NCBI GenBank assembly: GCA_965216155.1
Contig: CBDCFD010000005.1
Span: forward strand, 149,569 to 213,568
Length of the DNA: 64,000 nt
Reading direction: 5' to 3'
Origin: Dehalococcoidia bacterium
Lineage (GTDB): Bacteria > Chloroflexota > Dehalococcoidia > Lucifugimonadales > UBA3495
A program made the position numbers and the translations under genes. The notes under the pieces were generated by a model. It searched no databases and was not told the DNA's origin. It saw only the letters and a program-made list of their open reading frames with translations. Position 1 is the stretch's first letter, and each line of letters opens with the position of its first letter. This document shows, piece by piece, positions 19,474-28,019 of the stretch.

Positions 19474-19714
19474 GGTCACTCCTTCCTCGTTAGTCTCTAT
19501 GGTTTTCTTGGCGCGGGTTGCTAAACGGCGGCCCAGCCGGGCCAACGGGGTCAGTGTAGCAAAATGCCCTTGGCCGGGCAATTGTCTGAACCGCGATTCA
19601 TTCAGACCCCCCTTTTCCGAAATGGGCTATGCGCGAGACGGCTGGAAACGTGATAATCAAAGGACCTTGCCAGGCGTATACTAACTGTAGGCGGTTGATC
19701 TGGCGGTTACTCTA

Positions 19715-20503
19715 ATGGAAGAGACACTTGCGGACATATCCCCCAGCTCTCCAGGATTGACCATCAGGCCCGGTCAATCGGTTTCCCGTGTGGGTCTCCG
19801 GAAAATACTGGACGTTTTTGCTCCCGGACCCGGCGGGGGCGCGTCATCGCTGTATCTCACGGCCGGAACCGGTCAGGACGGGTTGGCTACAGCCGGTCCC
19901 GCGGCGCCTGGTTGGATGGACGCCCTGCGTGGGTTGGACCGATCTGTCCTGGCGTCCGACACCGGGTTGGTGGGCCTGCGTTCAGGAAAGGAAGGGCTGG
20001 TCATCCTTCCTCCGTTCCCCCTATCGGAGGACCGGGCGATTGCCGGGTGGGACCCGGCTCCCTTGCTGGCCAATGTAGACGCCGACTACACGGTGGGCGT
20101 GGTGCTTTTAAGACTCGGCCGCTCTACCGTGGCTGTCTTTACCGGAGACCGTCTTATTTCCGCCAAGACCGACTCCCGTTACGTCAAGGGCAAGCACCAT
20201 GCCGGTGGCACGTCCCAACGCCGGTTCCAGCGCATACGGGAGGGCCAAGCCCGGAAAATGTACGACAAGACCTGCGATACCGTCCGCGCTCAGCTCGAGC
20301 CCCACGCCCGTGAACTCCAGTACCTTTTCCTTGGCGGCGATAGGATTACCTTGAACGAGTTCCAGAAGGTGTGCCCCCAAGTGGAACGGTTCCAGGGAAT
20401 AACGCTCCAACGCAGGCTTAACATACGTGACCCCAAACGTGATACGCTGGAAGAAGTGCCGGAGATAATCAGGGAATGCAGGTTGTATCCCGTCGGGTTT
20501 TGA
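19715..20503 (+). CDS. Vms1/ANKZF1-type (acVLRF1-like) peptidyl-tRNA hydrolase
   Basis: RYVKGKHHAGGTSQRRFQR matches the VLRF1 catalytic loop (yeast Vms1 RRKQGGSQS, GxxQ). The eRF1-like size fits and the gene is co-directional with mutS2. Confidence 0.7.
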   Translation: MEETLADISPSSPGLTIRPGQSVSRVGLRKILDVFAPGPGGGASSLYLTAGTGQDGLATAGPAAPGWMDALRGLDRSVLASDTGLVGLRSGKEGLVILPPFPLSEDRAIAGWDPAPLLANVDADYTVGVVLLRLGRSTVAVFTGDRLISAKTDSRYVKGKHHAGGTSQRRFQRIREGQARKMYDKTCDTVRAQLEPHARELQYLFLGGDRITLNEFQKVCPQVERFQGITLQRRLNIRDPKRDTLEEVPEIIRECRLYPVGF

Positions 20504-20553
20504 GAGCTTAGAAAGCCTACCGCATCTACCTCAGCAATAGACAAAGTCACACC

Positions 20554-22983
20554 ATGTCAACGGAACAAGACACACAGGGCCTTGTGAGTGACAGGCCCCT
20601 AAGCGCTGCGACTGAGCCCGGTGATTCCCGCGAGTCACCGGGCTTTACCCGTGCGGTCCGGCTTCTGGAATTTGACCAGATCCGCCAACGGTTGGCTTCG
20701 TATGCCCGGACGGTGTTGGGCGAAGACGCAGCCTTGGCGTTGAGTCCCAAGCAGGACCTTCTGGCCATTGCGACCGACCTTCAGGAGACCACCGAGGCCA
20801 AGCAGTTCACCGAAAACGGCGGCGCGCTGGAATTTGGCCCGCGTATAGATTTCCGGGACCCGGTCCACCGGGTGATTTTGGGCGGACTGCTGCGTGGTGA
20901 GGAACTGCGTTCGATCCAGGAACTTCTGCAGGCCGCACGGTTCGACCGGTCCCGCTTGGCAGACCGGGACGATTTTCCCCTGCTGGCAGGTTTCGCGGAA
21001 AACATCCCCGACCTTACCAGCATAGAGAGCGCAATCGCTTCCGCGATTAGCCCCGCCGGCGAGGTGCTGGATGATGCCAGCCCGGCGCTGCGCCAGCTTC
21101 GGCAAGAGTCACGGGCGGTCCACCAGAGACTAAACGAGACCATGGAGCGGAACCTGCGGCGTTTCCAACGGATGGAGGTGGTCCAGGAGCCGATCATCAC
21201 GCAGCGGAACGGCCGGTTGGTGCTCCTGATTAAGTCCGAAATGAAACCCCGTGTACCCGGCATCGTCCACGACGTTTCCGATAGCGGCTCTACGGTCTTC
21301 GTCGAGCCCATGGGCGCAATCGAGATGGGGAACCGCTGGCGGGAGGCGCGGTTGGCCGAGGAGCGGGAAGTTGAGCGGGTCCTGCGCCACCTTTCCAACC
21401 AGGTCAGCCATGTGGGCCAGGACCTCTTGCTCACTCTGGATATCCTGTCCCGGCTGGACCTGGATATGGCCAAGGGCCGCTATTCTTCCGCGTTGCGGGC
21501 CGTTTCCCCGTGGGTGTCAGACCAACCAACCGGAGAGCGCCGACTGAGCCTGACCGGAGCGCGTCACCCGCTGCTCTCTGGCCCTGTGGTGCCGGTGAGC
21601 CTGGACCTGGGCGGAGATACCAGGGTCATGTTGATAACCGGTCCCAACGCGGGTGGCAAGACGGTTGCCTTGAAGACGGTGGGCCTGCTGGCGTTGATGG
21701 CTCAATCCGGACTGCACGTTCCTGCCGATGAAGCCTCGCTCCCCCTCTTTGATGGCGTGTTCGTCGACATTGGCGACCAACAGAGCATAGAGCAGGCGTT
21801 GTCCACCTTCAGCTCCCACATCCAAAACCTGATCACGATCATGAATCAGACCACGGCCCAATCCCTGATTCTGGTGGACGAGCTTGGCACGAGCACTGAC
21901 CCTGAAGAAGGATCGGCACTGGCCCAGGCCATTCTGGGTTACTTCTTGCGGCTAGGGCCGCTGCTCGTGGCGACCACCCACCACCGTGGTGTGGCACGCT
22001 ACGTGCAGGAATCGACTGGAATGACCAACGCCAGCGTGGACCTCCACCCGCAGACGTTGCAGCCGACCTACCGCGTCACCCTGGGAGTGCCGGGACGCAG
22101 TTACGCCCTCACCATCGCGGCACGGCTGGGGATTCCTCAGGAGATCATCGAGCAAGCCCGTTCTGCCATATCCCCGGTCGAGCAGGCGACGGAAGACCTG
22201 TTGCATCAGCTTCAGGAGGAGCGCAGAGTCGTCGAGCAACTTCGCCAGGAAGCCGAAGAAGCGTTGACCCAGTCTCGTCAGCAGCAGGCCAACGTCGAGT
22301 CTCAGTTGGCCGACGTGGAGTCGAGGAAAGCCGAGTTGGTGGAAGATGCGCGGCAGGACCTCCAGAGCCGTATCGGGGAACTGTTGGACAAGCTCCGCCA
22401 CGCTGAACGTGTGTTAGACCAGCCGGACACAAGGCAGGTCATCCAGGAGCAACGAACGCAACTGCGGGAAGCGGCCCGGGAAGTGCGGGCGCCTCGTTGG
22501 CAACCCATTGAGGTGAAGCGGACGCCCTGGCAAGAACGTGTGGACAGCGGAGACCGGGTGTTCCTCCGGGGGATACCGCGTCCCGTGGAGGTTATCACGC
22601 CTCCCGACGAGGAAGGGCAGATAGAGGTGTTGCTGGGGACCATGCGGGCCAAGGTGCCTATGTACCAGCTCGAGCGGCCCGCCGCTGGGCACGAGGCTGC
22701 GGCCCAGGCCCGGGTCTTTTTCCATCGTCAAGCGCCCAAACAGTCCAATACCGAGATCGATCTGCGCGGTTGCAGGGTAGACGAGGCTATTGGACGGGTC
22801 GACGAGCTTCTGAACAACGCTTCGCTGGACGGCGTCGAGAACGTCAGGATTATTCACGGCAAGGGCACCGGCGCTCTCAGGCGCGCGATACGGGAGTACC
22901 TTGACCGGCATCCGCTGGCGTCGTCGGTATCCAGTGGGGATGGCAGCGGCGGCGAGGGCGTAACGGTGGTGGAACTGGGGTAG
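20554..22983 (+). CDS. mutS2: endonuclease MutS2 (MutS ATPase plus C-terminal Smr)
   Basis: 809 aa. Walker A TGPNAGGKTV, DELGTSTDP, and the Smr motif IDLRG...RIIHGKGTGALR. Confidence 0.92.
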   Translation: MSTEQDTQGLVSDRPLSAATEPGDSRESPGFTRAVRLLEFDQIRQRLASYARTVLGEDAALALSPKQDLLAIATDLQETTEAKQFTENGGALEFGPRIDFRDPVHRVILGGLLRGEELRSIQELLQAARFDRSRLADRDDFPLLAGFAENIPDLTSIESAIASAISPAGEVLDDASPALRQLRQESRAVHQRLNETMERNLRRFQRMEVVQEPIITQRNGRLVLLIKSEMKPRVPGIVHDVSDSGSTVFVEPMGAIEMGNRWREARLAEEREVERVLRHLSNQVSHVGQDLLLTLDILSRLDLDMAKGRYSSALRAVSPWVSDQPTGERRLSLTGARHPLLSGPVVPVSLDLGGDTRVMLITGPNAGGKTVALKTVGLLALMAQSGLHVPADEASLPLFDGVFVDIGDQQSIEQALSTFSSHIQNLITIMNQTTAQSLILVDELGTSTDPEEGSALAQAILGYFLRLGPLLVATTHHRGVARYVQESTGMTNASVDLHPQTLQPTYRVTLGVPGRSYALTIAARLGIPQEIIEQARSAISPVEQATEDLLHQLQEERRVVEQLRQEAEEALTQSRQQQANVESQLADVESRKAELVEDARQDLQSRIGELLDKLRHAERVLDQPDTRQVIQEQRTQLREAAREVRAPRWQPIEVKRTPWQERVDSGDRVFLRGIPRPVEVITPPDEEGQIEVLLGTMRAKVPMYQLERPAAGHEAAAQARVFFHRQAPKQSNTEIDLRGCRVDEAIGRVDELLNNASLDGVENVRIIHGKGTGALRRAIREYLDRHPLASSVSSGDGSGGEGVTVVELG

Positions 22984-23019
22984 TGGCTGTTGATTAGAAA
23001 CTAACTCGAAACTGGATTT

Positions 23020-23063
23020 CCCCGATGTCTCCCCCTCTTTGGCAAAAGGGGGAGACATCGGGG
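23020..23063. terminator. long GC-rich hairpin between convergent mutS2 and fic
   Basis: ccccgatgtctccccct...agggggagacatcgggg forms a ~17-bp stem. Confidence 0.6.
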
Positions 23064-23177
23064 CGTTGCATCAAATCTATGAATTTTGCAGGACTTATGA
23101 CATGAGCTCCTGCATTACGATATGAGCGTGAGATTTCTAAATGGGACGATTGCAACGTCTCTGATGTACCCAGGCAA

Positions 23178-24406
23178 TTAACTCCGGCGACCCAGCAGCC
23201 GTGACAACTCCGGCATCGCCGGATGATTTGCAGACACGGCCGACGGCATGTTTTCATACCATTCCAAAAGTTCTGACTGGGGAAACTGCTGCGGCCATTC
23301 CAAATTGACCCGGATATGATTGCCATCAAACACCACCGCGCGCAAGTTAAACAGTCCAATCAAGTCTCGTAACTGCGCCCGGTCCGGGTATTTCAGGCTT
23401 TGGTAGTGTGCCAAGGTACGCGCGAGGAAGTCACTCGGGTCTACGGAAGGGCTGTCCAGCAGAGTCTCCAGAATTTGCAACTGCCGTTCCGCCAGGACTC
23501 GCCGCCTTGGGCTACGGAGTTGCCCGAACAAAGACCGCGCGCATTCCCGGAACAGGACCCGTTTATGGTTGACCAGAATTTCCCCTGCAACAGCGTTGCA
23601 TCGCTCGGTCACCGCCGACAGCGCAAACCGGAGGAAAGGCGTGAGGTCGTGTCCACACTGGCGGGACTCGAACAGGGCGCCCAGGTACTCCTCTTTGTGG
23701 TTGTAGTAGTAATTGGACAGGCTGACCATGACCCGGTCGTTGACGCTGGCCTTCCTTAGCATAAAGGCTTCCACGGCCCGGCGGTACGGCCATTGCCGTG
23801 GCCAAAGGGGTGCATTGCACCGATATGGTAATGGATGGCCATGGCCTGAATAATACCGTCGTGCTCCCGGAACTCCCCTCCGATGGCGTTGCAGAGGGCA
23901 TCAAAAGCATCCCGGCAACCGTCTCCACCCTCCGCGCCCCGGCAACGTGGCGACCCGAAGGTGACATTGTGACCGTGCCCCCGGAGCGCTCCGGGCCCGC
24001 AGTGGTCGTCTTCACAACCGGTAACGATGCGCCGGTGGACTTCCAGCACGAACTTACGATTGACGGGACGGTCCGAAGGCTGGGAACCTATCCATTTGTA
24101 GGTCGCTTCGGCAGCCCGTAACTGCCGCTGTGAGTAGGTCAAATCGGTACGGTTCTCAGCGTCGGGAGCCAAGGCTTCGTTCTCTTCTTGAGGGGTGAAC
24201 TCGGCCCCTTCAATGCGGGAAGTGCCGGCGGTCTCCAGCCGCAGTTGCTCTTGGTGCACCGTTTCAATCCACTGGGGCAGATAGGGAAGTTGGCGCAGCA
24301 CTCCCGCCGCGGTTTTAGCTTCTACCAACTGTTCCAGGATGGCAGCTTTATCGTAGTGGATCCACCGTTGGGGGGGCGCATAACGGCTGATGTTTGCCGT
24401 GGTCAT
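23178..24406 (-). pseudogene. Fic family protein, split by a 1-nt frameshift inside the Fic motif
   Basis: ORF 23756..24406 ends HPFGHGNGRTAGPWKPLC*. Shifting one base at about 23775 restores GNGRTARAVEAFML, which continues as ORF 23178..23774. Confidence 0.7.
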
Positions 24407-24538
24407 TTCCGGCCCATTTCCAATTCATTTCGCGGTTTCGTACTTGGATTATAGTATTTAGCAACAATCGTTTCCTGTCCATTTCGAGAGTATGTCTGGA
24501 AAGCAGAAGGGGAGTGACCAGAGATCCCGTGCCGCGGC

Positions 24539-25342
24539 TTACCGGCCCTGGAACCAGGGGCGGCGCTTTTCTGCGAAGGCGCGGATACCGTCTTGAAAGT
24601 CTCCGGTTAGACCGATTCCCTGCATGGCGGTGGTTTCGGCGTCCAGTTGTTCTTCCAGGCTGGACTCCCACGCGCGGTCGAAGAGGGCCTTGACCCGTCC
24701 GTAGGCCACAGTGGGACCCTGGGCCAACCTCATGGCGGTCTCCAGTACGTGTCTGTCCAGGTCACCGGAAGGGCAGACCTGGCTGACCAGCCCGATTTCC
24801 AGAGCCCCGTCGGCGCTGAGGGGCTGGCTGGCCAAATAAAGCTCCATTGCCTTTCCGGCGCCGATCAACCGGGGCAACATGTAGGTAGAGCCGCCGTCGG
24901 CAGTTGCCCCGATGTTGGCGTAGGCCATCAGGAACCGCGCGGTGCTGGATGCGATGCGCAGGTCGCAGGCCAGCATCAGGCTGAACCCTCCCCCCGCCGC
25001 CACTCCGTCGATGCCGGCGATTACCGGCTTTTGCAGTCGGCGAATCTCCAGTACGACGTCACGGTGCAGCGCCCCGGCCAGGTTGTTGAGGTGTTGGGAG
25101 ATTTCTTCCGGGCCCCCATTTTCCAAGTGGTCCACGAAGTCCTTAACGTCTGCGCCGGAGCAGAAAGATCCCCCGGCCCCGCTGAGGACGACCGCGCGGA
25201 TATTCGGCCCGCGGCAGGACCGTAGGGCCTCGCCCAACTGGTCTACCATTTCGGGAGACAGGGCGTTGCGCGCCTCGGGACGGTTGAGCGTAACCTTGGC
25301 TACGCTGCCCTGGATGGTGAACTCTATTCGGTTGGACGCCAT
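24539..25342 (-). CDS. enoyl-CoA hydratase/isomerase (crotonase) family protein
   Basis: VTLNRPEARNAL and GAGGSFCSGADV motifs. Confidence 0.9.
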   Translation of the reverse strand: MASNRIEFTIQGSVAKVTLNRPEARNALSPEMVDQLGEALRSCRGPNIRAVVLSGAGGSFCSGADVKDFVDHLENGGPEEISQHLNNLAGALHRDVVLEIRRLQKPVIAGIDGVAAGGGFSLMLACDLRIASSTARFLMAYANIGATADGGSTYMLPRLIGAGKAMELYLASQPLSADGALEIGLVSQVCPSGDLDRHVLETAMRLAQGPTVAYGRVKALFDRAWESSLEEQLDAETTAMQGIGLTGDFQDGIRAFAEKRRPWFQGR

Positions 25343-25395
25343 TCTGCACCTCGATTGTTGGGGGATTGTTCGGCGGTTTGACTGTCCTGGCCGGC

Positions 25396-25752
25396 CTACT
25401 CCAGCAATGGCTCCAGCTTTTCCAGCAATTGTCGCACGTCGCGCAGCCCCGCCTCAATCATATTCGCGCTTTGCAGGTCTTCATAGAAGTTGACGTGCAA
25501 GCTGTTGGCGGTGTGGTAGAGGCTGAACAATTGGGAGTCCCCGGTTTCCGCCACCAGCGAGTCAATGACCCCGCTCAAGGATGGGTGTCTATTGTGCCGC
25601 CAACCCCTTTGTTCTGCGATTGCCTTAATCATCTGCGCCGCCGCCCCCCAACCCTTTTCCGAGGCTTGCCGCAGGTCACCATCGGCCAATTCCTCGAAGG
25701 CTTTGACGATGAGCTGTTTGCTTGCTTGGGCGTATACGATGTCCCTGTTCAT
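25396..25752 (-). CDS. PaREP1/HEPN-like helical protein, copy 1
   Basis: 118 aa. ASEKGWGAAAQMIKAIAEQRGWRHNRH...ANSLHVNFYE contains an Rx4-6H-type motif (RGWxHNxH). Paralogous to 27618..28007. Confidence 0.65.
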   Translation of the reverse strand: MNRDIVYAQASKQLIVKAFEELADGDLRQASEKGWGAAAQMIKAIAEQRGWRHNRHPSLSGVIDSLVAETGDSQLFSLYHTANSLHVNFYEDLQSANMIEAGLRDVRQLLEKLEPLLE

Positions 25753-25808
25753 ATTTTATCCTTACCGCTCCGAAGGTACGCGGCTGGGGACATTAAGCCC
25801 CAGTCGTC

Positions 25809-26024
25809 CTATTCCAGCAACGGCTCCAGCTTTTCCAGCAGCAGTTGGACGTCCTGGAAACCCGCTTCGACGACTTCGGGAGGGTCCCAATTCTCATAGA
25901 AATTGCTATGGAGGCTGTTGGCCACATGAAATAGGGTGATTAACTGAGTGCAGCCCTTCGGGCGGTTCAAGGTGACCTTGGCCACGCTGCCCTGGTTAGT
26001 GAACTCGATTCTATCTGATGGCAT
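25809..26024 (-). pseudogene. chimeric remnant: crotonase codons 1-22 fused to the C-terminal ~45 aa of a PaREP1/HEPN-like gene
   Basis: MPSDRIEFTNQGSVAKVTLNRP matches MASNRIEFTIQGSVAKVTLNRP of 24539..25342 at 19/22 residues. It is followed by GCTQLITLFHVANSLHSNFYENW...LEKLEPLLE. Confidence 0.6.
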
Positions 26025-26049
26025 CCTGCACCTCGTCGGTCTGCCGGGG

Positions 26050-27612
26050 CTACTCGCCGATCTCTTCCAGGTGGAAATCGGACACGGCCACCTCCGGGGC
26101 CCAGGTTACCTGGTCGGAAGACCAGCGGACTGTGCCCCGTTGATGGCCTGTAATGCCCAGGATGTTGTTGATGACCCGGAGCACGTTGTCATTCATTCGC
26201 AGGGTGTTGGCCCTGATGGGCGCGGCCAGTCTACCGTCTTTGATTAGGTATGAGTCTCCGACGACGGTGCCGCTGAAGTCGCCCGCCGTGATCCCGTTGA
26301 CGGGGTAGGTGTACCAGATCCGTCCTATGTAAACGCCGTCTCCCACCCGGCGGAGGAGTTCATCCGTGGAGAGGTCTTCCTGTCCCTGGACCACCAGGTT
26401 GGTGGGTACGACCGAAGGGGTAGAGGCGAAATCGCGGCCTCCGCCGTTGCCGGGCCGAAACCCGTTTCTTGGGGCGATGGCTCCCGAGATTGTGCGGGGG
26501 TCAACCCCCAGCTTTCGCCGTGCTTCAGAGTCGTTCAGGATTCGCTGATAATTGTAGTGGTCCGACATTAGGCCCGAAAGGACCCCGTTGGTTATCAGGT
26601 TGGTCCGGCCCGTTGGCAGTCCCTCGTCGGTGATTCTCTTCGAGCCCGCCAGATTCGCCGCCGCGCCGTCGTCGGAGATGGACAGTTGCGTCGAGGCTAC
26701 CTGCTGGTCGAGTTTGCCCATGAAGGGCGAAGCGCCAGCCCAAAACATGTCGAGGGAAAAACCTGGCAGCAAGATCCATTCCAGAATTTCCGCGAGCGGC
26801 TGCGGGCCGAGGACTACGCGGTAATCACCGGTGGGTATACGCACGCCGTCGATGGAGGCAATTGCGTTCCGGGCCGCCTCCGCCGCCGATTCCCCGCTAA
26901 ACTCCGCGAGGCCCCGGCTGACCGACCAGCCGCTGCCCTTGGCGGCTTGCGACTCGACCATCGCCGTTGCGAAGGACATCACCAGCGTCGATTCGTCGGT
27001 CTGTACTCTCGGCATGTGGGTGGACGCGACGGCCATCCTCTCTTGCAGGTAGACGAGGTCGCCGCCGAGGATTAGGCCAAGCTCGGCTATGCGCTCGGGG
27101 GACTCGGCCAGGCTGAGCACATTTTCCGATGCCTCGAAGGTCTCAAGGCCGCGCTCTAGCATGTTCCAGCCCGTTTCAACCAGCCGGGAGTTGCCAAGCC
27201 GCATTACGGCAGGGTCGTGGAACCGGACGTCTGGGCCGGTGGTTACGCGGGTCGAAGGCGGGCTGTCTTCCGGCCGGGGCAGTGAAACGAAGTCCAGGTC
27301 ACGGACGGCTCCGGACCGGGCTTTCGCCAGCGCGGCCTGGACTCCGGTCAAGGTCAAATCCACCGGTTCGTTGCCGAAACCCACCTTGGTCCCTTCGGGG
27401 GTCCTGAATGCAACCCGCAGGCCGATTCCATAGGACTCTACCGACTTTGGCTCTTCCACGCCGTTACTGGGGATGTTGGAAGTGTAGTTGAGGCGGACCG
27501 TAAGGTTTGTGTTGGACGAGGCGAACACCTCTACCTCCGCCACGTCCGGTTGGGCGGAGACGTAGGCCAGGGCCTCGCGGGTGGCGGTGCGTAGTTTGTT
27601 CAGGGGTATCAT
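26050..27612 (-). CDS. pmbA: TldE/PmbA family metalloprotease subunit
   Basis: 520 aa with PmbA/TldD-fold signatures (ESYGIGLRV, GRIWYTY) and no HExxxH. Confidence 0.85.
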   Translation of the reverse strand: MIPLNKLRTATREALAYVSAQPDVAEVEVFASSNTNLTVRLNYTSNIPSNGVEEPKSVESYGIGLRVAFRTPEGTKVGFGNEPVDLTLTGVQAALAKARSGAVRDLDFVSLPRPEDSPPSTRVTTGPDVRFHDPAVMRLGNSRLVETGWNMLERGLETFEASENVLSLAESPERIAELGLILGGDLVYLQERMAVASTHMPRVQTDESTLVMSFATAMVESQAAKGSGWSVSRGLAEFSGESAAEAARNAIASIDGVRIPTGDYRVVLGPQPLAEILEWILLPGFSLDMFWAGASPFMGKLDQQVASTQLSISDDGAAANLAGSKRITDEGLPTGRTNLITNGVLSGLMSDHYNYQRILNDSEARRKLGVDPRTISGAIAPRNGFRPGNGGGRDFASTPSVVPTNLVVQGQEDLSTDELLRRVGDGVYIGRIWYTYPVNGITAGDFSGTVVGDSYLIKDGRLAAPIRANTLRMNDNVLRVINNILGITGHQRGTVRWSSDQVTWAPEVAVSDFHLEEIGE

Positions 27613-27617
27613 GTCGG

Positions 27618-28007
27618 CTACGTCTCTGGTGTGACTGGACCCGGGGCATACTGCCCCAACATTGGTTCCAGCTTGTCCAGAAATAGACCAACGTCGTGCA
27701 GGGCTAGCTCTACCAACTCCGGGGGCAACCAGTTCTCGTAGAAGTTTGTATGCAGGTTTCCAGCGACTTGGAATAGATTGGCTACCTGGGTATCGCCGGT
27801 CTCTTGGACCAGCGTCCTCACGATTCCGTAAAATAGACGGTGACTATTGTGTGACCAGCCCCTGCGTTCTGCCACGGCCTTGAGCATTTGCGCGGCCGCT
27901 CCCCAACCCTTCTCCGAGGCTTGCACCACGTCTCCCTGTGCCAGTTCCTGAAACGCTTTGGTCAAGAACTCTCTGCTGGCAATGGCGTATCCATCGCGTT
28001 GATTCAT
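27618..28007 (-). CDS. PaREP1/HEPN-like helical protein, copy 2
   Basis: 129 aa. ASEKGWGAAAQMLKAVAERRGWSHNSH...AGNLHTNFYENW. A GGGAGGAG RBS sits 12 nt after the tldD stop. Its own stop is 5 nt before the pmbA ATG. Confidence 0.65.
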   Translation of the reverse strand: MNQRDGYAIASREFLTKAFQELAQGDVVQASEKGWGAAAQMLKAVAERRGWSHNSHRLFYGIVRTLVQETGDTQVANLFQVAGNLHTNFYENWLPPELVELALHDVGLFLDKLEPMLGQYAPGPVTPET

Positions 28008-28019
28008 TACTCCTCCCTT

